Under the pieces are notes generated by a model. It worked only from the letters and a program-made list of their open reading frames with translations, searched no databases and was not told the DNA's origin. 64,000 nt of DNA, from positions 17,996-81,995 of the forward strand of contig CALWYG010000051.1 of the NCBI GenBank assembly GCA_944385695.1. The letters are read 5' to 3'. Position 1 is the stretch's first letter. Every line of letters starts with the position of its first letter. Shown piece after piece: positions 19,344-29,336 of the stretch. The DNA is from an uncultured Oscillospiraceae bacterium (GTDB lineage Bacteria > Bacillota > Clostridia > Oscillospirales > Oscillospiraceae). The position numbers and the translations under genes were made by a program.

Positions 19344-20282
19344 ATGGCGCAGAATCCTGCAGTGGCGGAAGCCGGCAGCAAGCCGAAAAAGACCAAGGCC
19401 CCATCCCCGCGCTCCGGAATGAGCCGGGCCCTGGTCCGTCGGGAGACTACCTCGGCCTACCTGTTCCTGCTGCCCAGCCTGCTGTTTTTCGTGACCTTTG
19501 TGGTCGTACCCATGTTTATTTGCGTCTACTACAGTCTGACCGACTACGGCCTGGGCGGCGTAAAGGGCTTTGCCGGGCTGAATAACTACATCAAGCTGTT
19601 CCAGGACCCCATTTTCCACAAGGGCTTATTAAATACCATTTTGATCGTAGTAGTGGCAGTGCCCACGGTCACCGCCTTTTCCCTGTGGGTGAGCTCTGCC
19701 ATCTACAAGATGCACGCCGTGCCCCGGTCCTTCTTCCGCTGCGTATTCTACCTGCCGGTAGTCACCGGCTCGGTGGCCATTACCGTGGTGTGGAAGTGGA
19801 TCCTGCACCCCTATAACGGCATACTGAACCAGGTTGCTGGTACCACCGGCTTTGACTGGCTGGGCAACCAGAAAACCGCTATCTGGTTTATTATTTTGAT
19901 TTTGTTTACAACCTCCATCGGCCAGCCCATCGTACTGTATGTGGCGGCCCTGGGGAATGTGGATAACTCCATCATTGAGGCCGCCGAAGTGGACGGCGCC
20001 ACCCGACTCCAGGTGTTCTGGAAGATCAAGTGGCCCTCCATTATGCCCACCACCCTGTATGTGCTGGTCATCACCACCATCAACAGCTTCCAGTGCTTCG
20101 CCCTGATTCAGCTGCTGACCAAGGGCGGTCCTCTGAACTCCACCATGACCATTATGTACCAGGTCTACGACACCGCCTACCGGCTCAACGACCTGGGCTA
20201 CGCCTGTGCCATCGGTGTGGTTCTGGCCGTCATCATTGCCATTTTCTCCGCCATCCAGTTCAAAGTGGCGAAGACGGACTAA
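19344..20282 (+). CDS. Carbohydrate ABC permease (SatB-like)
   Basis: LPVVTGSVA, EAAEVDGA loop, TTINSFQCFALIQLLT. Confidence 0.9.
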   Translation: MAQNPAVAEAGSKPKKTKAPSPRSGMSRALVRRETTSAYLFLLPSLLFFVTFVVVPMFICVYYSLTDYGLGGVKGFAGLNNYIKLFQDPIFHKGLLNTILIVVVAVPTVTAFSLWVSSAIYKMHAVPRSFFRCVFYLPVVTGSVAITVVWKWILHPYNGILNQVAGTTGFDWLGNQKTAIWFIILILFTTSIGQPIVLYVAALGNVDNSIIEAAEVDGATRLQVFWKIKWPSIMPTTLYVLVITTINSFQCFALIQLLTKGGPLNSTMTIMYQVYDTAYRLNDLGYACAIGVVLAVIIAIFSAIQFKVAKTD

Positions 20283-20297
20283 GGGAGGAGTGAGAAA

Positions 20298-21167
20298 ATG
20301 AGTGCGAATTCGACGGCTTTGAAGCCCAAAAAATCCGGCAACCTGACCGGTAACTCCACAGGATACACGGTATTTGCCGTTATCATCCTGATTGTGCTGA
20401 CCCTGTTTCTTCTGTTCCCCCTGTACTGGATTGTCACCGGCTCCTTTAAGGATGTCATCGCTATCAATGCCAAGCAGCCTGTGTGGTTCCCGGTGAACCC
20501 CACGATGGAGAACTATGAGAAGCTGTTTTCCAGACCTGCGTTCCTGTGGCTGTTCAACATCGTGTTTATCTCTGCTGCGGCCATGGTCCTTACCTGCATC
20601 ACCGCCGCCTTGGCGGGCTATGCACTGGGCAAGAAGCGGTTCATCGGCCAGAAGGTCCTCTTTACCATCATCATCTGTGCCATGGCCCTGCCCAAGCAGG
20701 TCATCGTGATCCCTCTGGCCCAGGAGATGACCATGATGGGACTCATTGATACTCTCTGGGCAGTGATCCTGCCCACGGTAGGCTGGCCCTTCGGTGTGTT
20801 TCTGATGAAGCAGTTTGCCGAGACCATCCCCGGCGAGATTCTGGAGGCCGCCCGGGTAGACGGCGCAGGAGAGCTGCGCACCTTCATCACTGTGGTGCTG
20901 CCTATGATCAAGCCCGGTATCGGCGCTTTGGCCATCTTTACCTTCGTCAACACCTGGAACGACTACTTCCTCCAGCTGGTTATGCTCCAGACAGATACCC
21001 AGTGGACCCTGCCCCTGGCCATCTCCAACCTCCAGGGTGAGATGAGCTCCGACTTTGGCCTCATCATGGCCGGTGCGGCGCTGGCGGCCGTTCCCATTAT
21101 TATCGTCTTCATCGCCTTCCAGAAGTATTTCACCCAGGGCATCGCCATGGGCGCGGTCAAGGGCTGA
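20298..21167 (+). CDS. Carbohydrate ABC permease (SatC-like)
   Basis: EAARVDGA, FTFVNTWNDY, FQKYFTQGIAMGAVKG. Confidence 0.9.
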   Translation: MSANSTALKPKKSGNLTGNSTGYTVFAVIILIVLTLFLLFPLYWIVTGSFKDVIAINAKQPVWFPVNPTMENYEKLFSRPAFLWLFNIVFISAAAMVLTCITAALAGYALGKKRFIGQKVLFTIIICAMALPKQVIVIPLAQEMTMMGLIDTLWAVILPTVGWPFGVFLMKQFAETIPGEILEAARVDGAGELRTFITVVLPMIKPGIGALAIFTFVNTWNDYFLQLVMLQTDTQWTLPLAISNLQGEMSSDFGLIMAGAALAAVPIIIVFIAFQKYFTQGIAMGAVKG

Positions 21168-21224
21168 TATTCAGTCAAATCAAATGCCCAAGGGGCAAAA
21201 CTTATTAAGATTAGAGGTTTCACC

Positions 21225-22133
21225 ATGAAAGACTTTAGCAAATATCAGGGCATCATTCCCGCCTTCTATGCCTGCTACGACGCCGAGGGAGCCATTTCCC
21301 CCAAGGCAGTGCGGGAGCTCACTCAGTACTTTATTGACAAGGGTGTCAAGGGGCTGTATGTGGGCGGCTCTTCCGGCGAGTGCATCTACCAGAGCGTGGA
21401 GGAGCGCAAGGTGGTGCTGGAGAACGTGATGGCCGTGGCCAAGGGCAAGCTGACCATCATTGCCCACGTGGCCTGCAACAACACTGCCGACAGCCGGGTG
21501 TTGGCTGCCCACGCCGAGAGCCTGGGTGTGGATGCCATCGCTTCCATTCCTCCCATCTATTTCCGCCTGCCCGACCGGGCCATTGCGAAGTATTGGAACG
21601 ACATCTCTGACGCCGCCCCTAATACCGACTTTGTCATTTACAACATTCCCCAGCTGGCCGGTGTAGCCCTGAACATTCCCCTGCTCAAGGAGATGCTGAA
21701 GAATCCCCGGGTCATCGGCGTGAAGAATTCCTCCATGCCTGTGCAGGACATCCAGATGTGGAAGGATGAAGGCGCTATCGTCTTCAACGGCCCCGATGAG
21801 CAGCTGCTGTCCGGCCTGGCGGCCGGAGCCATCGGCGGCATCGGCGGTACTTATGGCGCCATGCCCGAGCTGTTCCTGAAGATCCGGGAACTGTTCCTGG
21901 AGGGGAAGATGGAGCAGGCCCGGGAGATTCAGAACGAGTGCTGCCGTATCATCTATAAGCTGTGCTCCGCCAAGGGCAATATGTACGGCGTCATCAAGGC
22001 CGTGCTGGTCAAGCAGGGCGGCCCCGACTGCGGCGGCGTGCGCCTGCCTCTGGCCGCTCTGGAGCCTGGAGATGAGGCCGTGGTGGAGGAGAGCGCCGAG
22101 ATGATCCGTGCCGCCATTGCCAAGTACTGCTGA
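21225..22133 (+). CDS. nanA: N-acetylneuraminate lyase (DHDPS family)
   Basis: GGSSGE, YNIPQLAG, GVKNSS Schiff-base Lys, GGIGGTY; context with AGE and nagA. Confidence 0.85.
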   Translation: MKDFSKYQGIIPAFYACYDAEGAISPKAVRELTQYFIDKGVKGLYVGGSSGECIYQSVEERKVVLENVMAVAKGKLTIIAHVACNNTADSRVLAAHAESLGVDAIASIPPIYFRLPDRAIAKYWNDISDAAPNTDFVIYNIPQLAGVALNIPLLKEMLKNPRVIGVKNSSMPVQDIQMWKDEGAIVFNGPDEQLLSGLAAGAIGGIGGTYGAMPELFLKIRELFLEGKMEQAREIQNECCRIIYKLCSAKGNMYGVIKAVLVKQGGPDCGGVRLPLAALEPGDEAVVEESAEMIRAAIAKYC

Positions 22134-22150
22134 AGACAGGAGAACAACCC

Positions 22151-23281
22151 ATGAAAATTACCAATGCGTTGGTATTTGACCCCAAAGAGGGGTTTGTGGC
22201 CCGGGATTTCTGCGTCAAAGACGGACTGATTGCCCAGGACGCACTGGGGCCAATCTCCGCCCACGGGTGCTATGTGATCCCCGGGCTTACGGATCTCCAT
22301 TTCCACGGCTGTGTGGGCGAGGATTTTTCCGATGCCACGCCGGAAGGCCTTCAGAAGATGGCCGACTATGAGCTCAGTCGGGGCATTACCCAGATCTGTC
22401 CCGCGGGCATGACCCTTGGGGAGGACCAGCTCACCAAGATCTGCCAGAATGCTGCCGCCCACCGGGAGAAAAATGCCGGTGGAGCGGAACTGGTGGGCCT
22501 CCATCTGGAGGGGCCGTTCCTGAGCATGGCTAAAAAGGGGGCACAGAACGCCGCCTATATCCATGATCCGGATGCGGCCATGCTCCATCGCCTCCAGGAG
22601 GCGGCAGGCGGGCTGGTGAAGCTGGTAACCCTGGCCCCGGAGCAGCCCAATTCCCTGGAGTTTATCCAGAGTGCCCGGCAGGACGGCGTTACCGTCAGCC
22701 TTGGCCATACCACCGCGGATTATGACACGGCCTCTGCCGCCTATAAGGCCGGGGCACGCCAGGCCACCCACCTCTTCAACGCCATGCCTCCCTTTACCCA
22801 CCGGGCTCCCGGTGTAGTGGGCGCGGCCTTTGACTATCCTGAGGTGAAGGTGGAGCTTATCTGCGATGGCGTTCATATCCACCCTGCGGTGGTGCGCACG
22901 GTGTTTAAGCTCTTTGGCAGCGACCGGGTCATCCTCATTTCCGATTCCCTCCGGGCCACGGGTATGCCCGACGGGCGCTATCCCTTCGGCGGGCAAGAGA
23001 TCGAGGTGCACGGGAACCGGGCCACCATGGCCGATGATCCCAACACCCTGGCAGGGTCTGTGTCCGACCTGATGGCCTGCCTGAAGACGGCGGTGTCCTT
23101 TGGCATTCCTCTGGCCGATGCCGTGACGGCGGCGGCGGTGAACCCAGCCAAGGTGCTGGGAATCTACAACCGCCTGGGCAGCCTGGACATCGGAAAGGAG
23201 GCCAATGCGGCCATCCTGGACGAACATCTGGACCTGAAAGCGGTTCTCTATCACGGCGAAGTGGTTGCCGGCGCGCTGTAA
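22151..23281 (+). CDS. nagA: N-acetylglucosamine-6-phosphate deacetylase
   Basis: PGLTDLHFHG, HLEGPF, THLFNAM, CDGVH, LAGS. Confidence 0.93.
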   Translation: MKITNALVFDPKEGFVARDFCVKDGLIAQDALGPISAHGCYVIPGLTDLHFHGCVGEDFSDATPEGLQKMADYELSRGITQICPAGMTLGEDQLTKICQNAAAHREKNAGGAELVGLHLEGPFLSMAKKGAQNAAYIHDPDAAMLHRLQEAAGGLVKLVTLAPEQPNSLEFIQSARQDGVTVSLGHTTADYDTASAAYKAGARQATHLFNAMPPFTHRAPGVVGAAFDYPEVKVELICDGVHIHPAVVRTVFKLFGSDRVILISDSLRATGMPDGRYPFGGQEIEVHGNRATMADDPNTLAGSVSDLMACLKTAVSFGIPLADAVTAAAVNPAKVLGIYNRLGSLDIGKEANAAILDEHLDLKAVLYHGEVVAGAL

Positions 23282-23478
23282 GCCGGGACCCCGCAATTAT
23301 AATCCAGGGTCCGCACCCTACTCCATTTCCATAGGGGCGGATACCAAAAAAGAAGGAGGAATTGCCGCTGGCCGGCGGTGCAGCAGTGTGGAGACCTGCT
23401 GTAAACTCCCGGGGGTAATCCATACTCCCCCGGCGGGGAGGACCCTGGGCGGAGGCCCGGGGTCTACGGCCTGAACAC

Positions 23479-24594
23479 ATGTCAACTGTTACCCTGACCA
23501 ATGTGAAGAAGATCTACGACAACGCAGTGACCGCAGTACATAGCTTTAATCTGGATATTGCCGATAAGGAATTCATCGTTTTGGTCGGCCCCTCCGGCTG
23601 CGGCAAGTCCACCACTCTGCGGATGGTGGCCGGCCTGGAGGAGATCTCTGAGGGTGAACTGCGCATTGACGGCAAGCTGGTCAATGATGTGGAGCCCAAA
23701 GACCGGGACATCGCCATGGTGTTCCAGAGCTATGCCCTCTATCCCCACATGACGGTCAAAGAGAACATGGAATTCCCCCTGAAGCTGAAAAAGGTGCCCA
23801 AGGATGAGATTGAAAAGCGGGTAAAGGACGCCGCGGAGATTCTGGGCATTACCCAGTATCTGGACCGCAAGCCCAAGGCTCTGTCCGGCGGCCAGCGTCA
23901 GCGTGTGGCCATCGGCCGCGCCATCGTCCGTGAGCCCAAAGTACTGCTCATGGACGAGCCCTTGTCCAACCTGGACGCCAAGCTGCGTAACGAGATGCGT
24001 GCGGAGATCATCAAGCTGCGGCAGCGGATCAACACCACCTTCGTATACGTAACCCACGACCAAACCGAGGCCATGACGCTGGCGGACCGGATCGTCATTA
24101 TGAAGGACGGCTACATCCAGCAGATCGGCACACCTCAGGAAGTGTTTGACCACCCCATCAACATCTTTGTGGCCGGCTTCATTGGCACGCCTCAGATGAA
24201 CTTCTTTGATGCCAAACTCATTAAGGACGGCGAGGGCGCCTACCACGCCGATGTGTTCGGCACCTATATTGCTCTGACGGCAGAGGACCAGAAGGCCCTT
24301 ACCGGCACAAAGGCCAAGGATATCATTCTGGGTATTCGTCCCGAGCATATCCGCTTCACCGCGGAAAGCGGCGACGGAATCCTTGCGGGTACCGTGGAAG
24401 TGTCTGAGATGATGGGCAGTGAGTACTATCTCCACGTGACCAGCAATGGCAAGGACGTAGTGCTCCGGGTGCCCACTGCGGATCTGCCTGCCGAGCTGCG
24501 GGGCGGCATCACCTACGGGACCAAGATGAACTTCACCTTCCGGCCCGAGGCGGTCCACCTCTTTGACAAGGAGACGGAGCAGAACCTCATCTAA
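23479..24594 (+). CDS. Sugar ABC ATP-binding protein (MsmX/MalK-like)
   Basis: GPSGCGKST, LSGGQRQRVA, DEPLSNLD, THDQTEA. Confidence 0.92.
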   Translation: MSTVTLTNVKKIYDNAVTAVHSFNLDIADKEFIVLVGPSGCGKSTTLRMVAGLEEISEGELRIDGKLVNDVEPKDRDIAMVFQSYALYPHMTVKENMEFPLKLKKVPKDEIEKRVKDAAEILGITQYLDRKPKALSGGQRQRVAIGRAIVREPKVLLMDEPLSNLDAKLRNEMRAEIIKLRQRINTTFVYVTHDQTEAMTLADRIVIMKDGYIQQIGTPQEVFDHPINIFVAGFIGTPQMNFFDAKLIKDGEGAYHADVFGTYIALTAEDQKALTGTKAKDIILGIRPEHIRFTAESGDGILAGTVEVSEMMGSEYYLHVTSNGKDVVLRVPTADLPAELRGGITYGTKMNFTFRPEAVHLFDKETEQNLI

Positions 24595-24616
24595 TATGTG
24601 TTCCACTTCATATGCA

Positions 24617-24644
24617 GAAAAAGGCCGCTTATGCGGCCTTTTTC
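24617..24644. terminator. Intrinsic terminator
   Basis: gaaaaaggccgc-ttat-gcggcctttttc. Confidence 0.75.
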
Positions 24645-24673
24645 TCTGAACAGATTAAGCAGAGGAGGAGAGG

Positions 24674-26023
24674 ATGTTGCTGGAACAAAGGAATATCCTG
24701 GGTACCATGCCGGTGGGACGGCTGGTCATCCATATGTCCTGGCCCATTATGATCTCCATGCTGGTTCAGGCAGTCTATAATCTGGTGGACAGCATTTTTG
24801 TGGCCAGAATCAGCGACAAAGCGTTCCTCGCCCTCTCCTACGCCTACCCCATTCAGACTCTGATGGTGGCCTTCTGTGTTGGAATCGGTGTAGCCTTCAG
24901 TGCCATTTTATCCAAACGTCTGGGGGAGAAGGATTTGCCGGGAGCCCGGGATGCGGTGTTTCATGGCTTTGCCCTCTATGCCGGATGCTGGGTGCTGTTC
25001 TGCCTGTTTGGGGCGCTGGGTGTGGAGACCTATCTGGTGGGATGTACCGGAGACCATAGTGTGCAGGAAATGGGAATGGCTTATCTGCGCCTGTGCTGCT
25101 GCTTCTCTTTCGGGATTTGCACCCAATTTCCCTTGGAGCGGATTTTACAGTCCACCGGTCACCCGGCAGGCTTTATGATCATTCAGGGCAGTGGAGCGGT
25201 CATCAACCTGATTCTGGACCCGATTCTTATTTTTGTATGTGATATGGGGGTGGCCGGAGCAGCGGCGGCCACTGTAATTGGTCAGATTACAGGGGGAGTG
25301 ATTGGCTGTTTTTTGCTGCGGCGGATAAAAACGGAGCTGCCGCTGTCTTGTCAGGGGTTTCGTGTTCAGCGTGAGCTGATGGTGGAGTATGCCCGAATTG
25401 CGGTTCCTGCGGTGTTGATGCAAGCCATGGCCAGTGTGACATCACTGGGGCTTAACCGCATTTTAAAGCTGTGGTCGGAGACTGCGGTTTGGGTGCTGGG
25501 GGTCTATTTCAAATTGCAGACTTTTGTGTTTATGCCGGTGTTCAGCGTCAATAATGCCATGGTGTCCATTATCAGCTACAACTATGGAGCGGGCGAGGAA
25601 AAACGGGTATCCGCTTGCCTGCGCTTCGGTATCGGTGCGGCGCTGGCGACGGCTCTTGCAGGCGGCCTGGCTCTGTGCCTGGGAGCGGGCGTGGTGCTGC
25701 GGGTCTGTTTCCAAGCAGGAGAGGAGGCTGTGGAAATGGGCGTGCCCTCGTTGCGGATGACGGCGCTGGCCTTTCCTTTTGCGGCGGTCAGTATTATTTT
25801 GTCAGCAACGTTTCAGTCGTTGGGATACAGCCGTTTTTCCTTGGTGGTTTCCCTGCTGCGCTATGGTTTGTTTCCTCTGCCTGCTGCGTTTGTTTTGGTG
25901 GAAATGGTCCCGCACTGCTCCTTTTTGTGCTTGCTGGTGGGAGAGGCGGCCACTATGCTGGTGGCGATGGGATTGTTTTTGCGAGTGAGAAGAGAGAAAA
26001 TATGTCACATTGGAGCAACATAA
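24674..26023 (+). CDS. MATE family efflux transporter
   Basis: YNLVDSIFV, INLILDPILIF, GVAGAAAATVIGQ; about 12 TM helices. Confidence 0.9.
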   Translation: MLLEQRNILGTMPVGRLVIHMSWPIMISMLVQAVYNLVDSIFVARISDKAFLALSYAYPIQTLMVAFCVGIGVAFSAILSKRLGEKDLPGARDAVFHGFALYAGCWVLFCLFGALGVETYLVGCTGDHSVQEMGMAYLRLCCCFSFGICTQFPLERILQSTGHPAGFMIIQGSGAVINLILDPILIFVCDMGVAGAAAATVIGQITGGVIGCFLLRRIKTELPLSCQGFRVQRELMVEYARIAVPAVLMQAMASVTSLGLNRILKLWSETAVWVLGVYFKLQTFVFMPVFSVNNAMVSIISYNYGAGEEKRVSACLRFGIGAALATALAGGLALCLGAGVVLRVCFQAGEEAVEMGVPSLRMTALAFPFAAVSIILSATFQSLGYSRFSLVVSLLRYGLFPLPAAFVLVEMVPHCSFLCLLVGEAATMLVAMGLFLRVRREKICHIGAT

Positions 26024-26059
26024 AAAAGCGGTTCCGCAATTTGCGGAACCGCTTTTTTT
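26022..26059. terminator. Bidirectional terminator
   Basis: aaaaaagcggttccgcaa-t-ttgcggaaccgctttttt. Confidence 0.85.
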
Positions 26060-26069
26060 GCCGTCAACG

Positions 26070-26831
26070 TTACATCATCTTCACGGTATAGTACACAAAC
26101 AGCGCGAAGATCCAGGCCAGCATCACAAAGATGAGATAGTAGGCCACCGTGGCACCCGCCACCAGAGCGGCGACAACCACCACAATGCTGGCCAGGCAGC
26201 TGGCCAAAATCACACTGTAAGAGCAGCCGGCGGGGAGGAACTGAACGGGAGTCTTCAGGGGGAGAAGGCCGTCTTTCTTTTTTAGGAAAAGGGTAGCGGC
26301 CAAAACCAGAAGAATTCCAACCAGGATCAGAACCACCTCATAGCTCACTCCGCTGGCGTAGCGCACAAACCAGAGGGCCAACACGGACATGCCGGTGGCG
26401 GTGGCGGAGAGGAAAAACTCCTTCTGATAGATATAATAGATCACAGCCAGCACAGCCCAGGCGACCACCAGCCAGAACAGCATGGACATGCCGGTGGACT
26501 TATACTTCAGCACCACATGGGAACAAATGGCGAGAGCTCCGCAGGCCACAGCGATCAGGAGGGGGAGAATGGCTTTTTTCGCCATCCAAACCTGAACAAA
26601 AGCCCAAACCAAGCAGGCCAGGGCTGCAATGGGGCCAGCAATCCGAATAGCCTTCAAGACACTTTGCAGAGCAACGACAAGTTCGATTTCATCCACAAAG
26701 TAATTGATATAAAAACGGTTGACGAGAACCAGAAGCCCCTCCAAAACAACAGCCGCCGCAATCCAGAGCAGTGCGCGGGTCAGAGCGACGTCTTCCTGGT
26801 GGCGCCGTGCTTCTCTCTGCTTTTTATCCAT
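26070..26831 (-). CDS. Hypothetical multi-pass membrane protein
   Basis: AAGGAG RBS; about 8 hydrophobic helices. Confidence 0.75.
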   Translation of the reverse strand: MDKKQREARRHQEDVALTRALLWIAAAVVLEGLLVLVNRFYINYFVDEIELVVALQSVLKAIRIAGPIAALACLVWAFVQVWMAKKAILPLLIAVACGALAICSHVVLKYKSTGMSMLFWLVVAWAVLAVIYYIYQKEFFLSATATGMSVLALWFVRYASGVSYEVVLILVGILLVLAATLFLKKKDGLLPLKTPVQFLPAGCSYSVILASCLASIVVVVAALVAGATVAYYLIFVMLAWIFALFVYYTVKMM

Positions 26832-27044
26832 GCGTATCCAATCTCCTTGACGCGGACCGTCCAGGTCCGAAGAGTGTGTCGCCTATGGCGACATATCCGA
26901 TCAGTTTATTATTGTACCAGATGGTAATTTTATTTGCAAGTAATAAAAGGGGAAAACCGTCGAAATTAAAGAAATGTTAATAAATAAGAGAAAATTTCCG
27001 TTTTCAAGGAAAACTCGCCGCAGGCCATATGGCCTGCGACGAGC

Positions 27045-27119
27045 TGGAGCTAGTGGTGGGAATCGAACCCACGGCCTGCTCATTACGAGTGAGCTGCTCT
27101 ACCCCTGAGCCACACTAGC
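27045..27119 (-). tRNA. tRNA-Thr(CGT)
   Basis: Cloverleaf, anticodon arm gctca-ctCGTaa-tgagc, GGTTCGATTCC, CCA end; TTGACG-17-TATAAT promoter at 27135-27163. Confidence 0.95.
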
Positions 27120-27271
27120 AAATAGTGCTTCAGTATTATACCTATTTTAATGAAATTCGTCAAGGGGGAAGATTGGTATAAAAGTCAGAACTTCCGGGTG
27201 CGGTATTTCAGCTATACTTTTAGACAGGGGCATGGTAAAATGAAGCAAACAACACGAAGCGAGGAACTGCC

Positions 27272-28189
27272 ATGGTCATTTCAGGCTTTCATGAATTGAA
27301 GGAAAAACTGCACGATCTGCCCATAAAGCAGGCGGTGGTGGCTGCTGCCCATGATGAGCACACGCTCCAGGCTGTGTTTGCCGCCCGGCGGGACGGATTT
27401 ATCCGTCCCATTTTGGTGGGAGAACAAGAGGAAATTGGTTCCATTGCCCAGCGCCTGGGAGAGCAGCTGGAGGAGGATCAGGTGGTCCAGGCCTCTGGAG
27501 AACAAGCTTGTGCGGAGCGGGCGGTGGCTCTGATCCGGGAGGGCAGGGGAGATCTGCTCATCAAGGGAATGCTTCAGACGGGGACCATGCTGAAGGCGGT
27601 GGTGGCCAAAGAGAAGGGAATTCGGCGCAGTCAGGTGATGTCCCATGTAGCCATTTTGGATGTTCCTTCCTATCATAAGCTGCTCTTTATCACCGATGGA
27701 GGTATGGTGGTTGCCCCAGATTTGGAACAGAAACGGCATATTTTAAAAAATGCAGTGGAATTTTGCCGCTTTTTAGGCTATGAGTGTCCCAAGGCGGCGG
27801 CACTGTGTGCGGTGGAGACGGTGACCGCCGCCATGCCGGAGACACAGGATGCCGCCCTCCTCAAGGAGGATGGGGCCCGAGGGGAATTTGGACCCTGTGA
27901 AGTGGAGGGCCCTATCTCTCTCGATTTGGCCACAGACGGGGAAGCTGCCCGGACCAAGCACTATCAAAGCCCGGTGGCCGGAGATGCGGACATTTTGCTG
28001 GTGCCAGCCATTGCCGTGGGCAATGTGCTGGGGAAGGCGCTCTACGGCCTGGCGGGCGGCGAGATGGCCGGAGTCGTTCTGGGTGCGCAGGTGCCCATTA
28101 CCGTCACTTCCCGGGGGGCCAGTGCACAGGAGAAGTACTGGTCCATTTTGATCAGCGCAGCCATGGGCGGACGGTCCCAGACCACTTGA
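27272..28189 (+). CDS. ptb: Phosphate butyryltransferase
   Basis: LIKG, SHVAI, TDGGM...P, EGPISLDLA, TSRG; adjacent to buk. Confidence 0.85.
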   Translation: MVISGFHELKEKLHDLPIKQAVVAAAHDEHTLQAVFAARRDGFIRPILVGEQEEIGSIAQRLGEQLEEDQVVQASGEQACAERAVALIREGRGDLLIKGMLQTGTMLKAVVAKEKGIRRSQVMSHVAILDVPSYHKLLFITDGGMVVAPDLEQKRHILKNAVEFCRFLGYECPKAAALCAVETVTAAMPETQDAALLKEDGARGEFGPCEVEGPISLDLATDGEAARTKHYQSPVAGDADILLVPAIAVGNVLGKALYGLAGGEMAGVVLGAQVPITVTSRGASAQEKYWSILISAAMGGRSQTT

Positions 28190-28202
28190 AAGGAGGCTAT
28201 TC

Positions 28203-29291
28203 ATGGCCTATCATATTTTAGTTTTGAACCCCGGCTCCACAAGCACGAAGGCCGCGGTATATCAGGATGAGCAGCTGCTGATGGTGAAAAGTTTTCCCCA
28301 CACCAATCAGGACCTTGCTCCTTATCCGGCCCTGAACGACCAGCTGGACTACCGGGTGGCTCTGGTGCGGGGGTGGCTGGCCCAGGAGGGCTATGACCTG
28401 GGGAACCTGTCCGCTGTGGTGGGACGGGGCGGTATCATTCCCAATATTGTGGCGGGGGGTTATTTGGTGGATGATCAGCTGGAGGAGTGCCTGCTCCACC
28501 ACACAGTCTTTGACCACGCCTCCAATCTGGGGGGCCTGATGGCACGATCCTTTGCCCAACCCCTCCATATTCCCGCCTATATCTACGACGCGGTGACCAG
28601 CGATGAGCTGCTGCCGGAAGCAAAGGTGACCGGGTTCCGGGAGGTGACGCGTACCAGCTTCTGCCATGTGCTCAACGCCCGCGCCACCAGCCATAAATAT
28701 GCCCAGGCCATGGGGCGGCGCTATGAGGATATGAATCTGGTGGTGGCCCATCTGGGCGGGGGAATCTCCATCTCTGCCCACAGCCATGGACGTATCATCG
28801 ACTCGGTGTCGGATGATGCGGGCCCCTTCTCTCCGGATCGGGCGGGAAGTCTCAATATGTTGTATGTGGTGGATATGTGCTATTCCGGAAAGTACACCAA
28901 GGCGGAAATGCTCAAAAAACTCCGGGGAGAGGGAGGAATGTCCGCTCTTCTGGGTACCCATGACTGCCAGGAAGTGGAGCGCCGGATTGCCCAGGGAGAT
29001 GAGTGGGCCGCCCTGGTTTACCAAGCCCAGGCCCTCCAGATTGCCAAGGGTGTGGGGATTATGCTGGGATGCTTTACCGAGCTGATTGACGCGGTCATCC
29101 TTACCGGCGGCCTGGCCAACTCCAAAAAACTCACCGGCATGGTCATAGACTATCTCCATAATCTCTGCCGGGTGGTGGTGATTCCAGGAGAAAATGAGAT
29201 GGAGGCATTGGCCCTGGGCACACTGCGGATTCTCCGTGGTGAGGAGAGCTGTCATACCTACCAGCCGGCATTTTCCCAAAGAAATCCATAA
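28203..29291 (+). CDS. buk: Butyrate kinase
   Basis: NPGSTSTK, VGRGG, HASNLGG, AHLGGGIS, PGENEMEALA. Confidence 0.9.
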   Translation: MAYHILVLNPGSTSTKAAVYQDEQLLMVKSFPHTNQDLAPYPALNDQLDYRVALVRGWLAQEGYDLGNLSAVVGRGGIIPNIVAGGYLVDDQLEECLLHHTVFDHASNLGGLMARSFAQPLHIPAYIYDAVTSDELLPEAKVTGFREVTRTSFCHVLNARATSHKYAQAMGRRYEDMNLVVAHLGGGISISAHSHGRIIDSVSDDAGPFSPDRAGSLNMLYVVDMCYSGKYTKAEMLKKLRGEGGMSALLGTHDCQEVERRIAQGDEWAALVYQAQALQIAKGVGIMLGCFTELIDAVILTGGLANSKKLTGMVIDYLHNLCRVVVIPGENEMEALALGTLRILRGEESCHTYQPAFSQRNP

Positions 29292-29329
29292 AAAGCGGGA
29301 CAAGCCCCAAAAGGCTTGTCCCGCTTTTT
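29290..29329. terminator. Bidirectional terminator
   Basis: aaaaagcgggacaagcc...ggcttgtcccgcttttt. Confidence 0.85.
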
Positions 29330-29336
29330 ATCGATG

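Noticed and set aside
27170-27271. Sigma-54 promoter upstream of ptb-buk
   Set aside because: TTGGTAT is present but lacks a correctly spaced TTGC.
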